A DNA stretch of 64,000 bases from Polyangiales bacterium (GTDB taxonomy: Bacteria > Myxococcota_A > Polyangia > Polyangiales > Houyiibacteriaceae): NCBI GenBank assembly GCA_045106895.1, contig JBGCFM010000149.1, positions 40,899 to 104,898 of the forward strand. The letters are read 5' to 3'. The position numbers were made by a program, and so were the translations under genes. Shown piece by piece: positions 10,951 through 21,036 of the stretch. The first letter of the stretch is position 1. Each line of letters starts with the position of its first letter. The notes beneath the pieces are model-generated. The model did no database searches, was not told where the DNA came from, and saw only the letters and a program-made list of their open reading frames with translations.

Positions 10951-12326
10951 TAGTCGCCCACTTCGAGCTGGGCGAGGCGCTTGGAGATCACTCCGCCTCT
11001 GTGCGGGAACGGCTCGCTCGGAATGGGCACGCCGAGGAAGTCACAGAGTGGCTCCCACCCTGCTCCGCTCGTTACGGGCAACTCGAGGAAGTCATCGCGC
11101 CCGGCGAAGTGCTCTCGCACACGTCGGACGTGCTCCTCGTGAACCCACGCAAAACGTTTCGGCTCGAAGTCGTAGCAGCCATAGGTCGAGGCCCGTAGCA
11201 GGCGGCGGATACCAAGGTGGACGTCCCCCTTGGTTGGGTCGTTGTGCGCAGGACGGCCGCTCCAATGGTTCTTCGCCGAGCGGAGCCACGACTCTATGGG
11301 GCGCGTGGTGAGGACGAACTTGCTACCGGGGTACTGGGCGTCGAGCTGCGCGTAGTAGGGCGACGCTGTGATGTCCGTGAGGCCATCAAAGTGGTCGAGG
11401 AAATCGAAACGACCATCGCCCCGCTCCAGGTCACGCAACGTCTGTTCGTCAGTCGGGTAGTGAAGCGTGTCGAATCCGAGCACGTGGAGCGCCGCCGTCA
11501 GACTTCGCGTCCCGGTTCGGGAGAGTCCTAGTCCGAAGACTTTGTGTGGTTGGACCGTCGGGATCCTGGAGGCCGTCGCCTCGGCCTCATCCCGCGTAAG
11601 CGGCGCTTGAAGAGGCAAGTCCAGCTTCGCCAACTGCTCGCTTGCGAGCACAGGCAAACGCCGGATGTACTCCGCCACCACTTCGGTGGACGTGTGAACC
11701 GCCACGTGTTTGCGCGTGTACTCGACGGCGTGACGCGCCACACGATAGTCCCCAGATTCATCCCAGCGCGCCATCGCTCCTTCGAGGCGAGCGCGCTGTT
11801 TCTCGGTTCGGCTTCGAAGTTCCCGAAGTGCGTATTTCTCCCAAATCGACGCAAAACTCTGGTGGTGATCATGCAGGATGCGAAAACCCTTAAAACGTTT
11901 TCCGCCTGCGAACTTCTGGAGCGCAAAGTTTCGCAGGCGTGACTCGGGACGCAGAACGTAGGCGTGGTCGTCCGTGGGAGGCGGGACCCGCTTCATCTCA
12001 TTGACCACATCGATGCGGGTGATGTGCACGCCGCAGTGAATGCGTCCTCGAAAACGGTCCCACACGTAGGAGTCGACGTAGGGCGCCGTGTTCCAGTCGA
12101 GGAAGGGCCGCATATCCTCAAAGATGAGGCAATCCGCGTCCATGTGAACGACGACGTCGCAGTCGTGCTCAATCTGAAGCATCTGGCCCACGGCGGCCGA
12201 GAAAGGCTTCACGTTTTCGATAACGTGAACGCGCTGCGGGCGAATGTGCTCCTTGGCAAGCTCCAAGGCCAAGGCGCTCGTGCGCTCACCCACGCTGCGA
12301 AATACAAGCTCCACGCGCCTACTCAT
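10950..12326 (-). CDS. Fusion of a glycosyltransferase-like (DxD) N-terminal domain and a sulfotransferase domain
   Basis: HMDADC in the N-half; KVFGLGLSRTGTRSL and FVLTTR...W..S in the C-half. Confidence 0.75.
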   Translation of the reverse strand: MSRRVELVFRSVGERTSALALELAKEHIRPQRVHVIENVKPFSAAVGQMLQIEHDCDVVVHMDADCLIFEDMRPFLDWNTAPYVDSYVWDRFRGRIHCGVHITRIDVVNEMKRVPPPTDDHAYVLRPESRLRNFALQKFAGGKRFKGFRILHDHHQSFASIWEKYALRELRSRTEKQRARLEGAMARWDESGDYRVARHAVEYTRKHVAVHTSTEVVAEYIRRLPVLASEQLAKLDLPLQAPLTRDEAEATASRIPTVQPHKVFGLGLSRTGTRSLTAALHVLGFDTLHYPTDEQTLRDLERGDGRFDFLDHFDGLTDITASPYYAQLDAQYPGSKFVLTTRPIESWLRSAKNHWSGRPAHNDPTKGDVHLGIRRLLRASTYGCYDFEPKRFAWVHEEHVRRVREHFAGRDDFLELPVTSGAGWEPLCDFLGVPIPSEPFPHRGGVISKRLAQLEVGD

Positions 12327-13141
12327 GATGAGCTCTCCATCTTCTCGTCGAACGCGTAGTCGGCGTTGTTCACGCCCACGATGGCGTTGAACACGTCGAG
12401 CGCGTCGGGCTTCATCTCTTGACGCCAGCGTAAATCCAGAACGACCCCCCCTGGGTGATCGCGGTAGTAGTCCCCGTGCCGAGAACCAACTTCGGGTGAC
12501 GTCGCTGCATTCACGAGAAGTGACTGGGTCCCATTGTTGCCGCCCAGCGGGTGCTGCTCACTCTCCTCGAATCGCAACATGTCGTCGTCGTACTCGATTC
12601 CCAGCGTTGCGGCGATGGCCCGAAGAGTCGCCTCCGGCTGCTGCGCCAGGTCCTCGTAAGCCACGCGGATTTTGGGTCCCTCGAAGGCTTCAAAGAAGGC
12701 CTCACATGCGCTCACCTGCGTCAGCCAGTCGTTCACTTGAGTCTCAATGCTGAGCTCGGGGTACTTTCGAAGGCGAGAGTTCACGACGGCTCGGCCATCG
12801 CGCGTCAGAAAAACCAACGCCCCACGCGACTCGCTGACGCGCGCCTGAACCCACGTGAGGTTCTTCGTCGAGTCCACGATCAAAGCCGCGCCGGTTCGCT
12901 CGCGCAGGCGACGATAGAGGGCGTCCGCGTTGATTCCGTCGAGCTCCCCCCAGACTTTGCACGTGGGCCCGCAGAGTTTGCACTCGCGCTTGCGCTTCGG
13001 CTTCGTGGGGTCGCCGAGGAACACAGACTTCTTTGCCTCCCCGGCGTAGAACACCCGTGAGTGCGCTCCGAGCATCATGCCCAAGAGCGTCGAGCCGGAG
13101 TGCCCCGCTCCAATGATCCAGGTGGCCTCTAGTTCTGCCAT
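12323..13141 (-). CDS. Sulfotransferase
   Basis: GAGHSGSTLL (5'-PSB), VDSTK, TRDGRAVVNS (3'-PB), YEDL. Confidence 0.88.
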   Translation of the reverse strand: MAELEATWIIGAGHSGSTLLGMMLGAHSRVFYAGEAKKSVFLGDPTKPKRKRECKLCGPTCKVWGELDGINADALYRRLRERTGAALIVDSTKNLTWVQARVSESRGALVFLTRDGRAVVNSRLRKYPELSIETQVNDWLTQVSACEAFFEAFEGPKIRVAYEDLAQQPEATLRAIAATLGIEYDDDMLRFEESEQHPLGGNNGTQSLLVNAATSPEVGSRHGDYYRDHPGGVVLDLRWRQEMKPDALDVFNAIVGVNNADYAFDEKMESSS

Positions 13142-14799
13142 TGGCGTGAGCGTGCGACGTCGGCGCGATAAGCTTGAACCATCGCGATTGTTGTATCTTC
13201 GTCCCAGCCAAGGAGCTCCGCGAGCTGCTGCCCGACGGCCTCCGCCGCCCCGAGCCCCTGATCCTCGTCACGGTAGAAGAGCTGTGTCCGGCGAATCATG
13301 ATGTCGCTGACCGTGGCCGCGAACTCTTCGTTCACCGCCCACTCGACCTGAGCGCGAACCTCGACGCGGCCTTCGACGAGAGGCGTCGCCAAGCTGGCGT
13401 CGGCGGCGATGGTCTCCGCCAGAGGGATCGCCCGCATTCCGTAGGTGTCGGCCAGGTGCCGCGCGCAGCGCGCGTCGAGGTGACCTCCCGCGGCTTTTTC
13501 GACGCTTGCGGCGACCTTCTCGTGGTCGTCATCGTCGGGCCACCCTTGACCGCCGGGCAGCGGGTCATGCTCCGTGCGGGCGGGCTTGCTCTTCTTCCTT
13601 CTGCCACTCAAGCGGAGAAGCTGTTCCGCGCGGTCGACGACCTCCGCGGACATCCGGCGGTACGTCGTCAGCTTGCCGCCGGCGATGGTGAGAAGACCGT
13701 TTCGTCCAACCAGGATCTCATGTTCACGACTGACGGCGGACTCGTCGACGCCGTCCCCAGCGGGCGCAACCAAAGGTCGGAGGCCGGCCCACGTCGCGAT
13801 GACGTCGCTCTTCTTCAGTTGGTGCTGTGGAAAATGATAGTTCGCGGCGTCGATGAGGTACTCGACGTCCTCCGCCGTCGCGGCCACGTCACCCGGAGCG
13901 CCGGTATAGTCCGTGTCTGTGGTGCCAACATAGGCGCGGTCGCCCCAAGGCAGCGCAAAGAGCACGCGTTCATCTTCGGGGTGAAAACAGACCACGGCGT
14001 GTTTGACCGGAAGCTTCGCCGCATCGACGACGATGTGTACGCCCTTCGTCGGCCGCAGGACGTCCCGAGGCGCCTGACCGGGCACCGGGCTGAGCGCGCG
14101 GACGGCGTCGGTCCACGGCCCCGTCGCGTTGATGACGACGCCGGCACGGATGGACTTGTTCTCGCCACCCTCAAGGTGGTCACTTACCTCCGCGCCACAG
14201 ACGCGACCGCGCTCGTCCAATAGAAAGCGCTCCACCTTGGCGCCAGTCGCGATCACGGCGCCTTGGTGTGCCGCGTCGATGGCCGTCTCCAAGGTGAGGC
14301 GCGCGTCGTCCGTTGAGCAATCGTAGTAAAGCGGCGCGCCGGTCAGGCCTTCTTGCTTCAGTGTGGGCTCGCGTTCGGCGACGTCGCCGGGTCCAAGGTT
14401 CTTGTGGATCTTTGGCGAACGAAAGAGTGAAAGGCCGTCGTAGAGCCACATGCCGGCGTTGATGAGCCAGCGCTTCTGACGGGCGCCTTTGTAGACCGGG
14501 AAAAGAAACGCCAATGGGTTCACGAGGTGAGGCGCGAGGTCCATCAGGATGCGGCGTTCACTGACGCTCTCGAAGACCATGCCGAACTCATAGTGTTCGA
14601 GGTAACGAAGCCCGCCGTGCACAAGCTTACTGGACCGTGATGAGGTCCCGTAGGCGAGGTCGTTCATCTCGACCAACGCGGTCGTGTATCCGCGCCGGGC
14701 GGCATCCCGAGCGATGCCCGCTCCGGTGATCCCTCCGCCCACAATGAGCACATCCACGTCTTCGCCGAGGCGCTCCCACATCTGCTTCCGCTTAGCCAT
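13129..14799 (-). CDS. glpD: FAD-dependent glycerol-3-phosphate dehydrogenase
   Basis: GGGITGAG, GTSSRSSKLVHGGLRYL, GGKLTTYR. Confidence 0.92.
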   Translation of the reverse strand: MAKRKQMWERLGEDVDVLIVGGGITGAGIARDAARRGYTTALVEMNDLAYGTSSRSSKLVHGGLRYLEHYEFGMVFESVSERRILMDLAPHLVNPLAFLFPVYKGARQKRWLINAGMWLYDGLSLFRSPKIHKNLGPGDVAEREPTLKQEGLTGAPLYYDCSTDDARLTLETAIDAAHQGAVIATGAKVERFLLDERGRVCGAEVSDHLEGGENKSIRAGVVINATGPWTDAVRALSPVPGQAPRDVLRPTKGVHIVVDAAKLPVKHAVVCFHPEDERVLFALPWGDRAYVGTTDTDYTGAPGDVAATAEDVEYLIDAANYHFPQHQLKKSDVIATWAGLRPLVAPAGDGVDESAVSREHEILVGRNGLLTIAGGKLTTYRRMSAEVVDRAEQLLRLSGRRKKSKPARTEHDPLPGGQGWPDDDDHEKVAASVEKAAGGHLDARCARHLADTYGMRAIPLAETIAADASLATPLVEGRVEVRAQVEWAVNEEFAATVSDIMIRRTQLFYRDEDQGLGAAEAVGQQLAELLGWDEDTTIAMVQAYRADVARSRQWQN

Positions 14800-14899
14800 C
14801 ACAGCTAGATAGCAGCGTTCGGCGAGACTCGCGACGTGCAAGTGATGAAGTACTTCGGAGCTGCTTGCGCATCGATCTTCTGGGCCCCATCGTCGTCAA

Positions 14900-15526
14900 A
14901 TGACTGGGACAAAACCCGTGGCGGAGAACATTACGTGGCATCAGGGCGAGGTTCGCCGGAGCGATCGCGAAGAGGCCCGGGGACACCGTGGTGGCGTAAT
15001 TTGGCTAACGGGGCTGAGCGGCTCCGGCAAAAGCACACTCGGCTCACGTCTCGAAGGGGCGCTTCACGCCCGCGGAGTTCAGGTCTACGTACTCGACGGG
15101 GACAACGTCCGCCATGGGCTCTGCGCCGATCTCGGCTTCGCTCCGGAGGACCGTCAGGAGAACATCCGCCGCGTCGGCGAAGTGGCCAAGCTCTTCGTCG
15201 ACTCCGGCACCCTCGTGATCTCTGCGTTCATCTCTCCCTACCGGGCCGATCGCGCCAAGGTCCGAAGCACCCTCGGCGAGGGCGACTTCATCGAGGTACA
15301 CGTCGCCGCGGACCTCGCCACGTGCGAAGTTCGAGACCCCAAAGGGCTCTACAAGAAAGCACGGGCCGGAGAGATCAAAGGGTTCACCGGCATCGACGCG
15401 CCGTATGAAGCCCCCGAGTCACCGGAGCTGCGCATCGATACCAGCGATGACACGCCGGAAGAGTCGGCTTCTCGCGTGTTGAGCTACCTCGAAGAGCACG
15501 GCTACCTGAGCGGCGAGACTCAGTAA
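14900..15526 (+). CDS. cysC: Adenylyl-sulfate kinase
   Basis: [35 protein letters not shown]. Confidence 0.97.
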   Translation: MTGTKPVAENITWHQGEVRRSDREEARGHRGGVIWLTGLSGSGKSTLGSRLEGALHARGVQVYVLDGDNVRHGLCADLGFAPEDRQENIRRVGEVAKLFVDSGTLVISAFISPYRADRAKVRSTLGEGDFIEVHVAADLATCEVRDPKGLYKKARAGEIKGFTGIDAPYEAPESPELRIDTSDDTPEESASRVLSYLEEHGYLSGETQ

Positions 15527-15610
15527 GGACGCTGCTTCACTTTAGGGCGCTCTGCACGCGATCGATGCAGTCCTTCGCCCGCGACCCACCGTTTCTCTCG
15601 GGTTCTGCCC

Positions 15611-15626
15611 TGGCACGCCTCGTGCT
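15611..15626 (+). promoter_or_regulatory. Sigma-54 (-24/-12) promoter
   Basis: TGGCACG-CCTC-GTGCT upstream of the MBL hydrolase and sigma-54 activator pair. Confidence 0.65.
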
Positions 15627-15657
15627 CTATCTCCGCGCAACAGACGAAGGAGAGTCA

Positions 15658-16539
15658 ATGAGCACAGACAAGAGTGAGATGCAGGTTCGGTTTTGGGGCG
15701 TACGCGGGAGCATCGCGGTGCCGGGGGAAAGCACACGCCAGATAGGCGGCAACACGAGCTGCGTGGAAGTTCAATGTGGCGACGCGCGTTTCATCCTCGA
15801 CTCGGGGACCGGGATTCGTGGTCTCGGCGCGGCGCTCGCGAAGGAAGGGGCGGAGGAGTCGACGTTGCTTCTAAGTCACTTGCATTGGGACCACATTCAG
15901 GGCTTCCCCTTCTACGCTCCGCTCTATTCCTCAGCGCACAGGCTCCGTGTCCTTGGCGGAGGCACCCCAGAGCTCGGCGTCCGAGACGCGCTCTCTCTTC
16001 AGATGAAGCCCCCGACCTTCCCCGTGCTCTTCGACGAGCTCCCATGCCGCATCGAATCGCGCACGGTGCGCCACGGACTCTCCATCAACTACGACGGGGT
16101 GGAGATTCAGTGCGCAAAACTCAACCACCCTGGCGGCGGGGTCTTCGCCTACAGGCTCAACTACGCAGGCAAGAGCGTCGTGTACGCGACAGACACCGAA
16201 CACTACGGATGCGTCGACCCCACGCTGCGACGCCTCGCGATGAACGCGGATGTTCTCATCTACGACTCGCAGTATACGCCTGGGGAGTACTGCGGCGACG
16301 AAGGCCCGGCGCGAACCGGTTGGGGACACTCCACCTTTGAAGCCGGCGCCGCCCTCGCACACGCCGCGCAGGTCTCGCGCTACGTGCTCTTTCACCACGA
16401 CCCCGCCCGCGATGACGAAGGAGTGATGGCCATCGAAGAGCGCGCTCAAGGCCTCTTCGAGCGCGCCACCGCAGCGCGGGAAGGCTTGTGCCTCGACGTC
16501 GGGCGCGACGGAGAATTCGTCACGGGAGCCGCCGCCTGA
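15658..16539 (+). CDS. Metallo-beta-lactamase-fold hydrolase
   Basis: AAGGAG SD; FWGVRGS, GGNTSC, SHLHWDHIQG, GWGHS, FHHDP. Confidence 0.9.
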   Translation: MSTDKSEMQVRFWGVRGSIAVPGESTRQIGGNTSCVEVQCGDARFILDSGTGIRGLGAALAKEGAEESTLLLSHLHWDHIQGFPFYAPLYSSAHRLRVLGGGTPELGVRDALSLQMKPPTFPVLFDELPCRIESRTVRHGLSINYDGVEIQCAKLNHPGGGVFAYRLNYAGKSVVYATDTEHYGCVDPTLRRLAMNADVLIYDSQYTPGEYCGDEGPARTGWGHSTFEAGAALAHAAQVSRYVLFHHDPARDDEGVMAIEERAQGLFERATAAREGLCLDVGRDGEFVTGAAA

Positions 16540-16574
16540 GTCCTGGCGGGCCCAATGCTATGCTCGGCGCGCCG

Positions 16575-18041
16575 ATGCATCGCCTCTCCCTCCTCGTCGA
16601 TCTCGCCTCACTCCTCACCCGAGAAGTCGGCATTGACGCACTCCTCGACATCGCCGGACAGCGCCTCGCCAGCGCGATGGACGCACAGCGCGCGACGCTC
16701 TGGCTCGTCGATGCAAGCGACGGCTCCCTCGTCAGCCGCGTCGCGGTGTTGCCGGAACGTAACGACAGCCTGCGCCTCGCGCGCGGTCAAGGGGTCGCAG
16801 GTCATGTCGCAGAAAGCGGCGAGATGCTCTGCGTCAACGATGTCGCCAAGAGCGAACTCTTCGACGGCTCCATCGACGCATCCACCGGTTTTGAGACAAA
16901 GAGCATTCTCGCCGCCCCGGTTCGCGCCCACGCAGGCGCGCCGATTCGGGGCGTGGTCCAGGTGCTGAACAAACGCGATGGTCAGTTTGATGACGAGGAC
17001 GCGAAGTACCTCACTGCCCTGGCCGTTCAGTTTGAACAGGTCCTTGCGCTGACGACGCTGCGCGCCGACGACGACGAGGCGCCGGGCGTCGTTCTGCGCG
17101 GTCCAATCAACCACATCGTAGGGCGAAGCGCGGTGATGGAGGGCGTGTACGAGACCGTCATGCTCTGCGCGGAGACCGACGCGAGCGTGCTCCTCCGCGG
17201 CGAGACCGGCACCGGCAAGACGATGTTGGCCCGCGCGATTCACGTAAACTCGCAGCGAAGCGCTGGCCCTTTTGTCACCGTCGACTGCACGACCATTCCC
17301 GGAGAGCTCGCGGCGAGCGAGCTCTTTGGTCACGAGCGTGGTTCGTTTACCGGCGCTGAGAGGCGCGTCCTTGGAAAGGTCGAGTTAGCGAACGAAGGCA
17401 CGCTCTTTCTTGATGAAGTCGGCGAGCTTCCCCTTCGTAACCAAGCGCAACTCCTCCGCTTTCTACAGGAGCGCTCCTTTGAACGCGTCGGAGGACGGGA
17501 AACCCTCAGCGCCAACGTTCGGGTTTGCTGCGCGACGCATGTGGACCTCGAAGCGCGTGTAAAGGCCGGTCTCTTTCGTGAGGATCTTTACTATCGCATC
17601 CGCGTCGTCGAGCTCAACGTGCCGCCGCTTCGAAAGCGCGGCGACGAAGACATCGTCCACCTCGCTCAACACTTCGCCGACAAGTACGCACGACGTTACG
17701 GACGCCCACGCCCCCTCCTGAGCGAGCGCGCGATGGTGGGACTGCGCGCCTACGCCTGGCCGGGGAACGTCCGCGAGCTCGAACATTGGATCGAGAGTCG
17801 CGTGGTCCTAGAGCGCGACGGAACCATCGACTCTGTCCCCGAAGAACGTGCCGCGCTCATACCCACGGACGCCCGTGGGCCTATGGACGGCGTGAGCCTG
17901 CCCCATGGCCTCACCCTCGCCGAAGCATCGCAGCGCTATGTTCAAGCGAGCGTCGAGCGCCACGAGGGCGTCAAATCCCAGGCGGCGACGTCGCTTGGCG
18001 TCTCCCGAAACACCGTCGCGCGTATTCTCAAGGGCGAGTAG
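16575..18041 (+). CDS. Sigma-54-dependent enhancer-binding protein (GAF, AAA+, Fis HTH)
   Basis: GAF region with LNKRDGQF; GETGTGK, GSFTGA, FLDEV, WPGNVREL; C-terminal HTH. Confidence 0.93.
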   Translation: MHRLSLLVDLASLLTREVGIDALLDIAGQRLASAMDAQRATLWLVDASDGSLVSRVAVLPERNDSLRLARGQGVAGHVAESGEMLCVNDVAKSELFDGSIDASTGFETKSILAAPVRAHAGAPIRGVVQVLNKRDGQFDDEDAKYLTALAVQFEQVLALTTLRADDDEAPGVVLRGPINHIVGRSAVMEGVYETVMLCAETDASVLLRGETGTGKTMLARAIHVNSQRSAGPFVTVDCTTIPGELAASELFGHERGSFTGAERRVLGKVELANEGTLFLDEVGELPLRNQAQLLRFLQERSFERVGGRETLSANVRVCCATHVDLEARVKAGLFREDLYYRIRVVELNVPPLRKRGDEDIVHLAQHFADKYARRYGRPRPLLSERAMVGLRAYAWPGNVRELEHWIESRVVLERDGTIDSVPEERAALIPTDARGPMDGVSLPHGLTLAEASQRYVQASVERHEGVKSQAATSLGVSRNTVARILKGE

Positions 18042-18057
18042 CGCGGCCTCGCGGAGT

Positions 18058-19020
18058 CTAAGCGACGAGGGCCCTCGCCAGGGCCTCGATGCTCGCGGGT
18101 GAACATCCCTCCGCCTTGTTGTTGACGATGACAAACGCCGGGCTCTGGGATTCGAGGGCGAGACGGATCAAACGGAGAGCGTCGTCGCGCATCTGCGGCT
18201 GGGGTTTCACGATCTTGTCGAAGGGTTTGTAGGCCTCCTTCATCGTGGCGTAGGAGCCGCCGCGCGGAAGCATGAGGCGCGCCACGGTCACCGGCCCGAC
18301 GCGACTGCCCATCCACTCCAGCTGCTTCCCGATGGAGGGCATATGCGACCAGGCGTTGAACACATGAGAGGCGCCGTGAGCGCGGAGGGTCTCGGCGTAG
18401 CGTTCGGAAAAGAGCCGTTCATCACGCAGCTCAAAGGCAAAGTCGTGGCTGTAACCCTTATCTCGGGCGGCGCCCAAGAAGCGCGCGACGGCGTCGGCAA
18501 AGCCGCGCGCATTCACCGGTCCGGGGCTCGGGGGCACCTCCACCACAAACGGCCCAGCGTGAGGGGCAAAGGCTTCGCGATAGGGAGCGTAGACGCTGGC
18601 AAAGAGGTCTGGGTCCAGGAACTTTCGGTTTACCTGTCCGGCCCGCGCGTGGTGCCGTGGAAAGATGCGCGTGGTGATCTCCGACCAGACCTTGGACACG
18701 CAGACGAAGTCGTCGGGCAGCATGGCTGCGTAGGCGTTGAGGGTCTCCGCGTCGACGGGCGCGTAATAGCTGCGGTCGATGCCCACGGTTCGGAAGAGCG
18801 GGTACTCGGCGTACTCGCGAAGGGAGCCTTGAACGAACGCCTTCTTGTTCTTGTACGTACGGTGGTAAACGCGGTCCGCCCACCCCTCGAAGGTCCAGCT
18901 GGACGTCCCAAATCGCACGCCGGGTGGGATTGCCCGCCCGAGCCCCCGAAGGTCCGCCAGCGGATCGACGCTGGGGCGCGCGGAAAAGAGCCCAAGCTGG
19001 CCATCTCCGAAGAGCGACAC
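18058..19020 (-). CDS. DUF72 family protein
   Basis: RFGTSSW, LREYA, IDRSYY, AFELR, NNKAEG; GTG start inferred. Confidence 0.85.
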   Translation of the reverse strand: MSLFGDGQLGLFSARPSVDPLADLRGLGRAIPPGVRFGTSSWTFEGWADRVYHRTYKNKKAFVQGSLREYAEYPLFRTVGIDRSYYAPVDAETLNAYAAMLPDDFVCVSKVWSEITTRIFPRHHARAGQVNRKFLDPDLFASVYAPYREAFAPHAGPFVVEVPPSPGPVNARGFADAVARFLGAARDKGYSHDFAFELRDERLFSERYAETLRAHGASHVFNAWSHMPSIGKQLEWMGSRVGPVTVARLMLPRGGSYATMKEAYKPFDKIVKPQPQMRDDALRLIRLALESQSPAFVIVNNKAEGCSPASIEALARALVA

Positions 19021-19025
19021 GGTGG

Positions 19026-19898
19026 TCAGTAGCGCTGGTAGGAGCGAATGGTCGCGAGGAGCATCCGCTCTCGTGAGTGGGCGACCTGGGCACTCCGGTG
19101 ACGCTCCCGCGCCTGACGGCTCGCCTCCTTCTCCTTCTCCGTTCGGACGGCGTTGCCAAGCTGAACTTCTTCGCCGGCGGCGTACTGCGCATCGGCTCGT
19201 TCGCCGATGGCAAAGCGAGACGCCGCCCGAACCGCGTTCTCTTCGGCGCGTTTCATCCACACTCCGCCGCAGCACTTTGCGAAGTGTACATCCACGGAAG
19301 TGCCGAGCAGACCAGGCTTGTACAAGTCCATGTCCTGTGCGCACTCGGGACAGGAAAGCTCGCTTGGCCCTTCCTTCGGCGCAGCCCACGGCGCCTCGGC
19401 AAAGAGCGCCTCTGTGTCGATGTTTGAGAGTTCGGCTTCGCCGGGCCCGAGGAACATCGAAGCACATGCGACGCATTCGTCGACGGTCACCTCATGAAAC
19501 TGCCGCAGCGTCAAAGACGCCGAGCACGATGGACATGCGAGTTTGGCCGGCCGGTCCGTTGGCTTCAGAGGTGAAGAAGGCGCCTGCGCCATCGCGTATC
19601 CTTCGCCAGCGTCGAGGTAGATTCCGCCGCAACACGCACTGCGCTCGATCTCGATATCTTCGCCGCCGGGTGTCTTCACGCGAAACGTGGTCATGGGCTT
19701 GTCGTGGTCTGGACAGACTCGCGTGGATTGCCCCGCGGGACGGGCGCCGAAACCAAAGAGCATGCCTGCATCGACGTTGATGACGCTTCCTTCATCCGCA
19801 TCAAGGAACACCCCAGCGCACTTCGGACAGGAGTCGATTTCGGTTCCATGAACGTTCATCACTTTCATGGGCGTCTGACATCCGGGGCATTTTCTCAT
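19026..19898 (-). CDS. Protein with four zf-TFIIB-like zinc ribbons
   Basis: CPGC/CPKC-GVFLD, CPDH/CCGGIYLD, CPSC/CVAC, CPEC/CCGGVW. Confidence 0.8.
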   Translation of the reverse strand: MRKCPGCQTPMKVMNVHGTEIDSCPKCAGVFLDADEGSVINVDAGMLFGFGARPAGQSTRVCPDHDKPMTTFRVKTPGGEDIEIERSACCGGIYLDAGEGYAMAQAPSSPLKPTDRPAKLACPSCSASLTLRQFHEVTVDECVACASMFLGPGEAELSNIDTEALFAEAPWAAPKEGPSELSCPECAQDMDLYKPGLLGTSVDVHFAKCCGGVWMKRAEENAVRAASRFAIGERADAQYAAGEEVQLGNAVRTEKEKEASRQARERHRSAQVAHSRERMLLATIRSYQRY

Positions 19899-19941
19899 GG
19901 CACCATCCTCCGGCGATGCCGCGCGTTGTGCAACCCCTTAG

Positions 19942-21036
19942 TCAGCGCAGGTAGCGCTCTACATTCGCATTGTGCGTGTCCAGGTCTGCGGCGAACGCGT
20001 GGCGGCCGCCCCCACGAGCGACGAAATAGAGGTAGTCGTGAGGCGCGGGCGAAAGAACCGCTTCTATCGCGTCCGCGCCCGGGTTTGCGATGGGCCCCGG
20101 CGGGAGTTCTCCATGGCGGTAGGTGTTGTAGCGGTTGGCGCTGTCGCCCAGCATCGCCCGCGAGATCCGGCCTTCGTACCCTTCACACGACGGCGCACGT
20201 TCCGGCTCCGCAAGGCATCCATACGCGACGGTGGGATCGGCCTGGAGACGATGAAGCGGACGAAAGGTCTCCGAGCGCAGTCGATTTAGGAACACGCCGG
20301 CGATGATGGCCCTCTCGGCGGCGACGCCGGCCTCACGCTCCACGACGCTGGCCAGCACGAGAACGTCGTGGCGATCCATGCCGAGTTCTTCCTCCAGCGA
20401 TGCGAGGGCGCCTGCGTGTCGCTCAAACACAGCTTCGGTGCGCGTCGTGTAGTTGGCGTAGAGTCGGCCCACGACGTCTTCCGCGTCGGTGGCCTCGCGA
20501 AGCTCGTAGGTATCTGGGAATAGATAACCTTCGCGACTTGGCGCCTCCACGTTCGGGGGCGGCGCCGAGGTGGCGACGAGGAACTCAGCCTCCCCGCAGA
20601 TGCTCTGCTCTTCGAGGAGCCGCGCGATGTCGAAGCGCGTCTGTCCTTCGGGGATCACCACGCGCCTCGGCACCGGGCCTCGCCCGTGGGTGATACGCCG
20701 GACAATCTCTTCCGGCGACAGGTTCCGTGCGAGCAGAACCCGCCCGTCACGAAGCTGCGAGCTGCCGGTGACGAGGCGGTGATACGCGGCGTAGACGAAG
20801 GCGGATTCGATGACCTTTTCTTCGGCGAGGCCCTCCGACACCTCCTCGAGGCTACCGCTCATCTCAAACTCAAAGGAACGCCCGGGGCCGTCCATGGCTC
20901 GACCCGGGTACACGATGAGAAGGTATGCGATCGCCGCGAGCGCCGCGAAGACCGCAACGACGAGGACCATACGAAGCGCCCGCAACGGAGTGGAGCCCTT
21001 CCGCTGGCTCTTACGACGCTTTTTCTTCTTAGCCAT
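19942..21036 (-). CDS. mltG: Endolytic murein transglycosylase
   Basis: TM anchor; IPEG, EGYLFPDTY, LASVVERE, LQADPT, LPPGPIANPG, YLYFVA. Confidence 0.93.
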   Translation of the reverse strand: MAKKKKRRKSQRKGSTPLRALRMVLVVAVFAALAAIAYLLIVYPGRAMDGPGRSFEFEMSGSLEEVSEGLAEEKVIESAFVYAAYHRLVTGSSQLRDGRVLLARNLSPEEIVRRITHGRGPVPRRVVIPEGQTRFDIARLLEEQSICGEAEFLVATSAPPPNVEAPSREGYLFPDTYELREATDAEDVVGRLYANYTTRTEAVFERHAGALASLEEELGMDRHDVLVLASVVEREAGVAAERAIIAGVFLNRLRSETFRPLHRLQADPTVAYGCLAEPERAPSCEGYEGRISRAMLGDSANRYNTYRHGELPPGPIANPGADAIEAVLSPAPHDYLYFVARGGGRHAFAADLDTHNANVERYLR

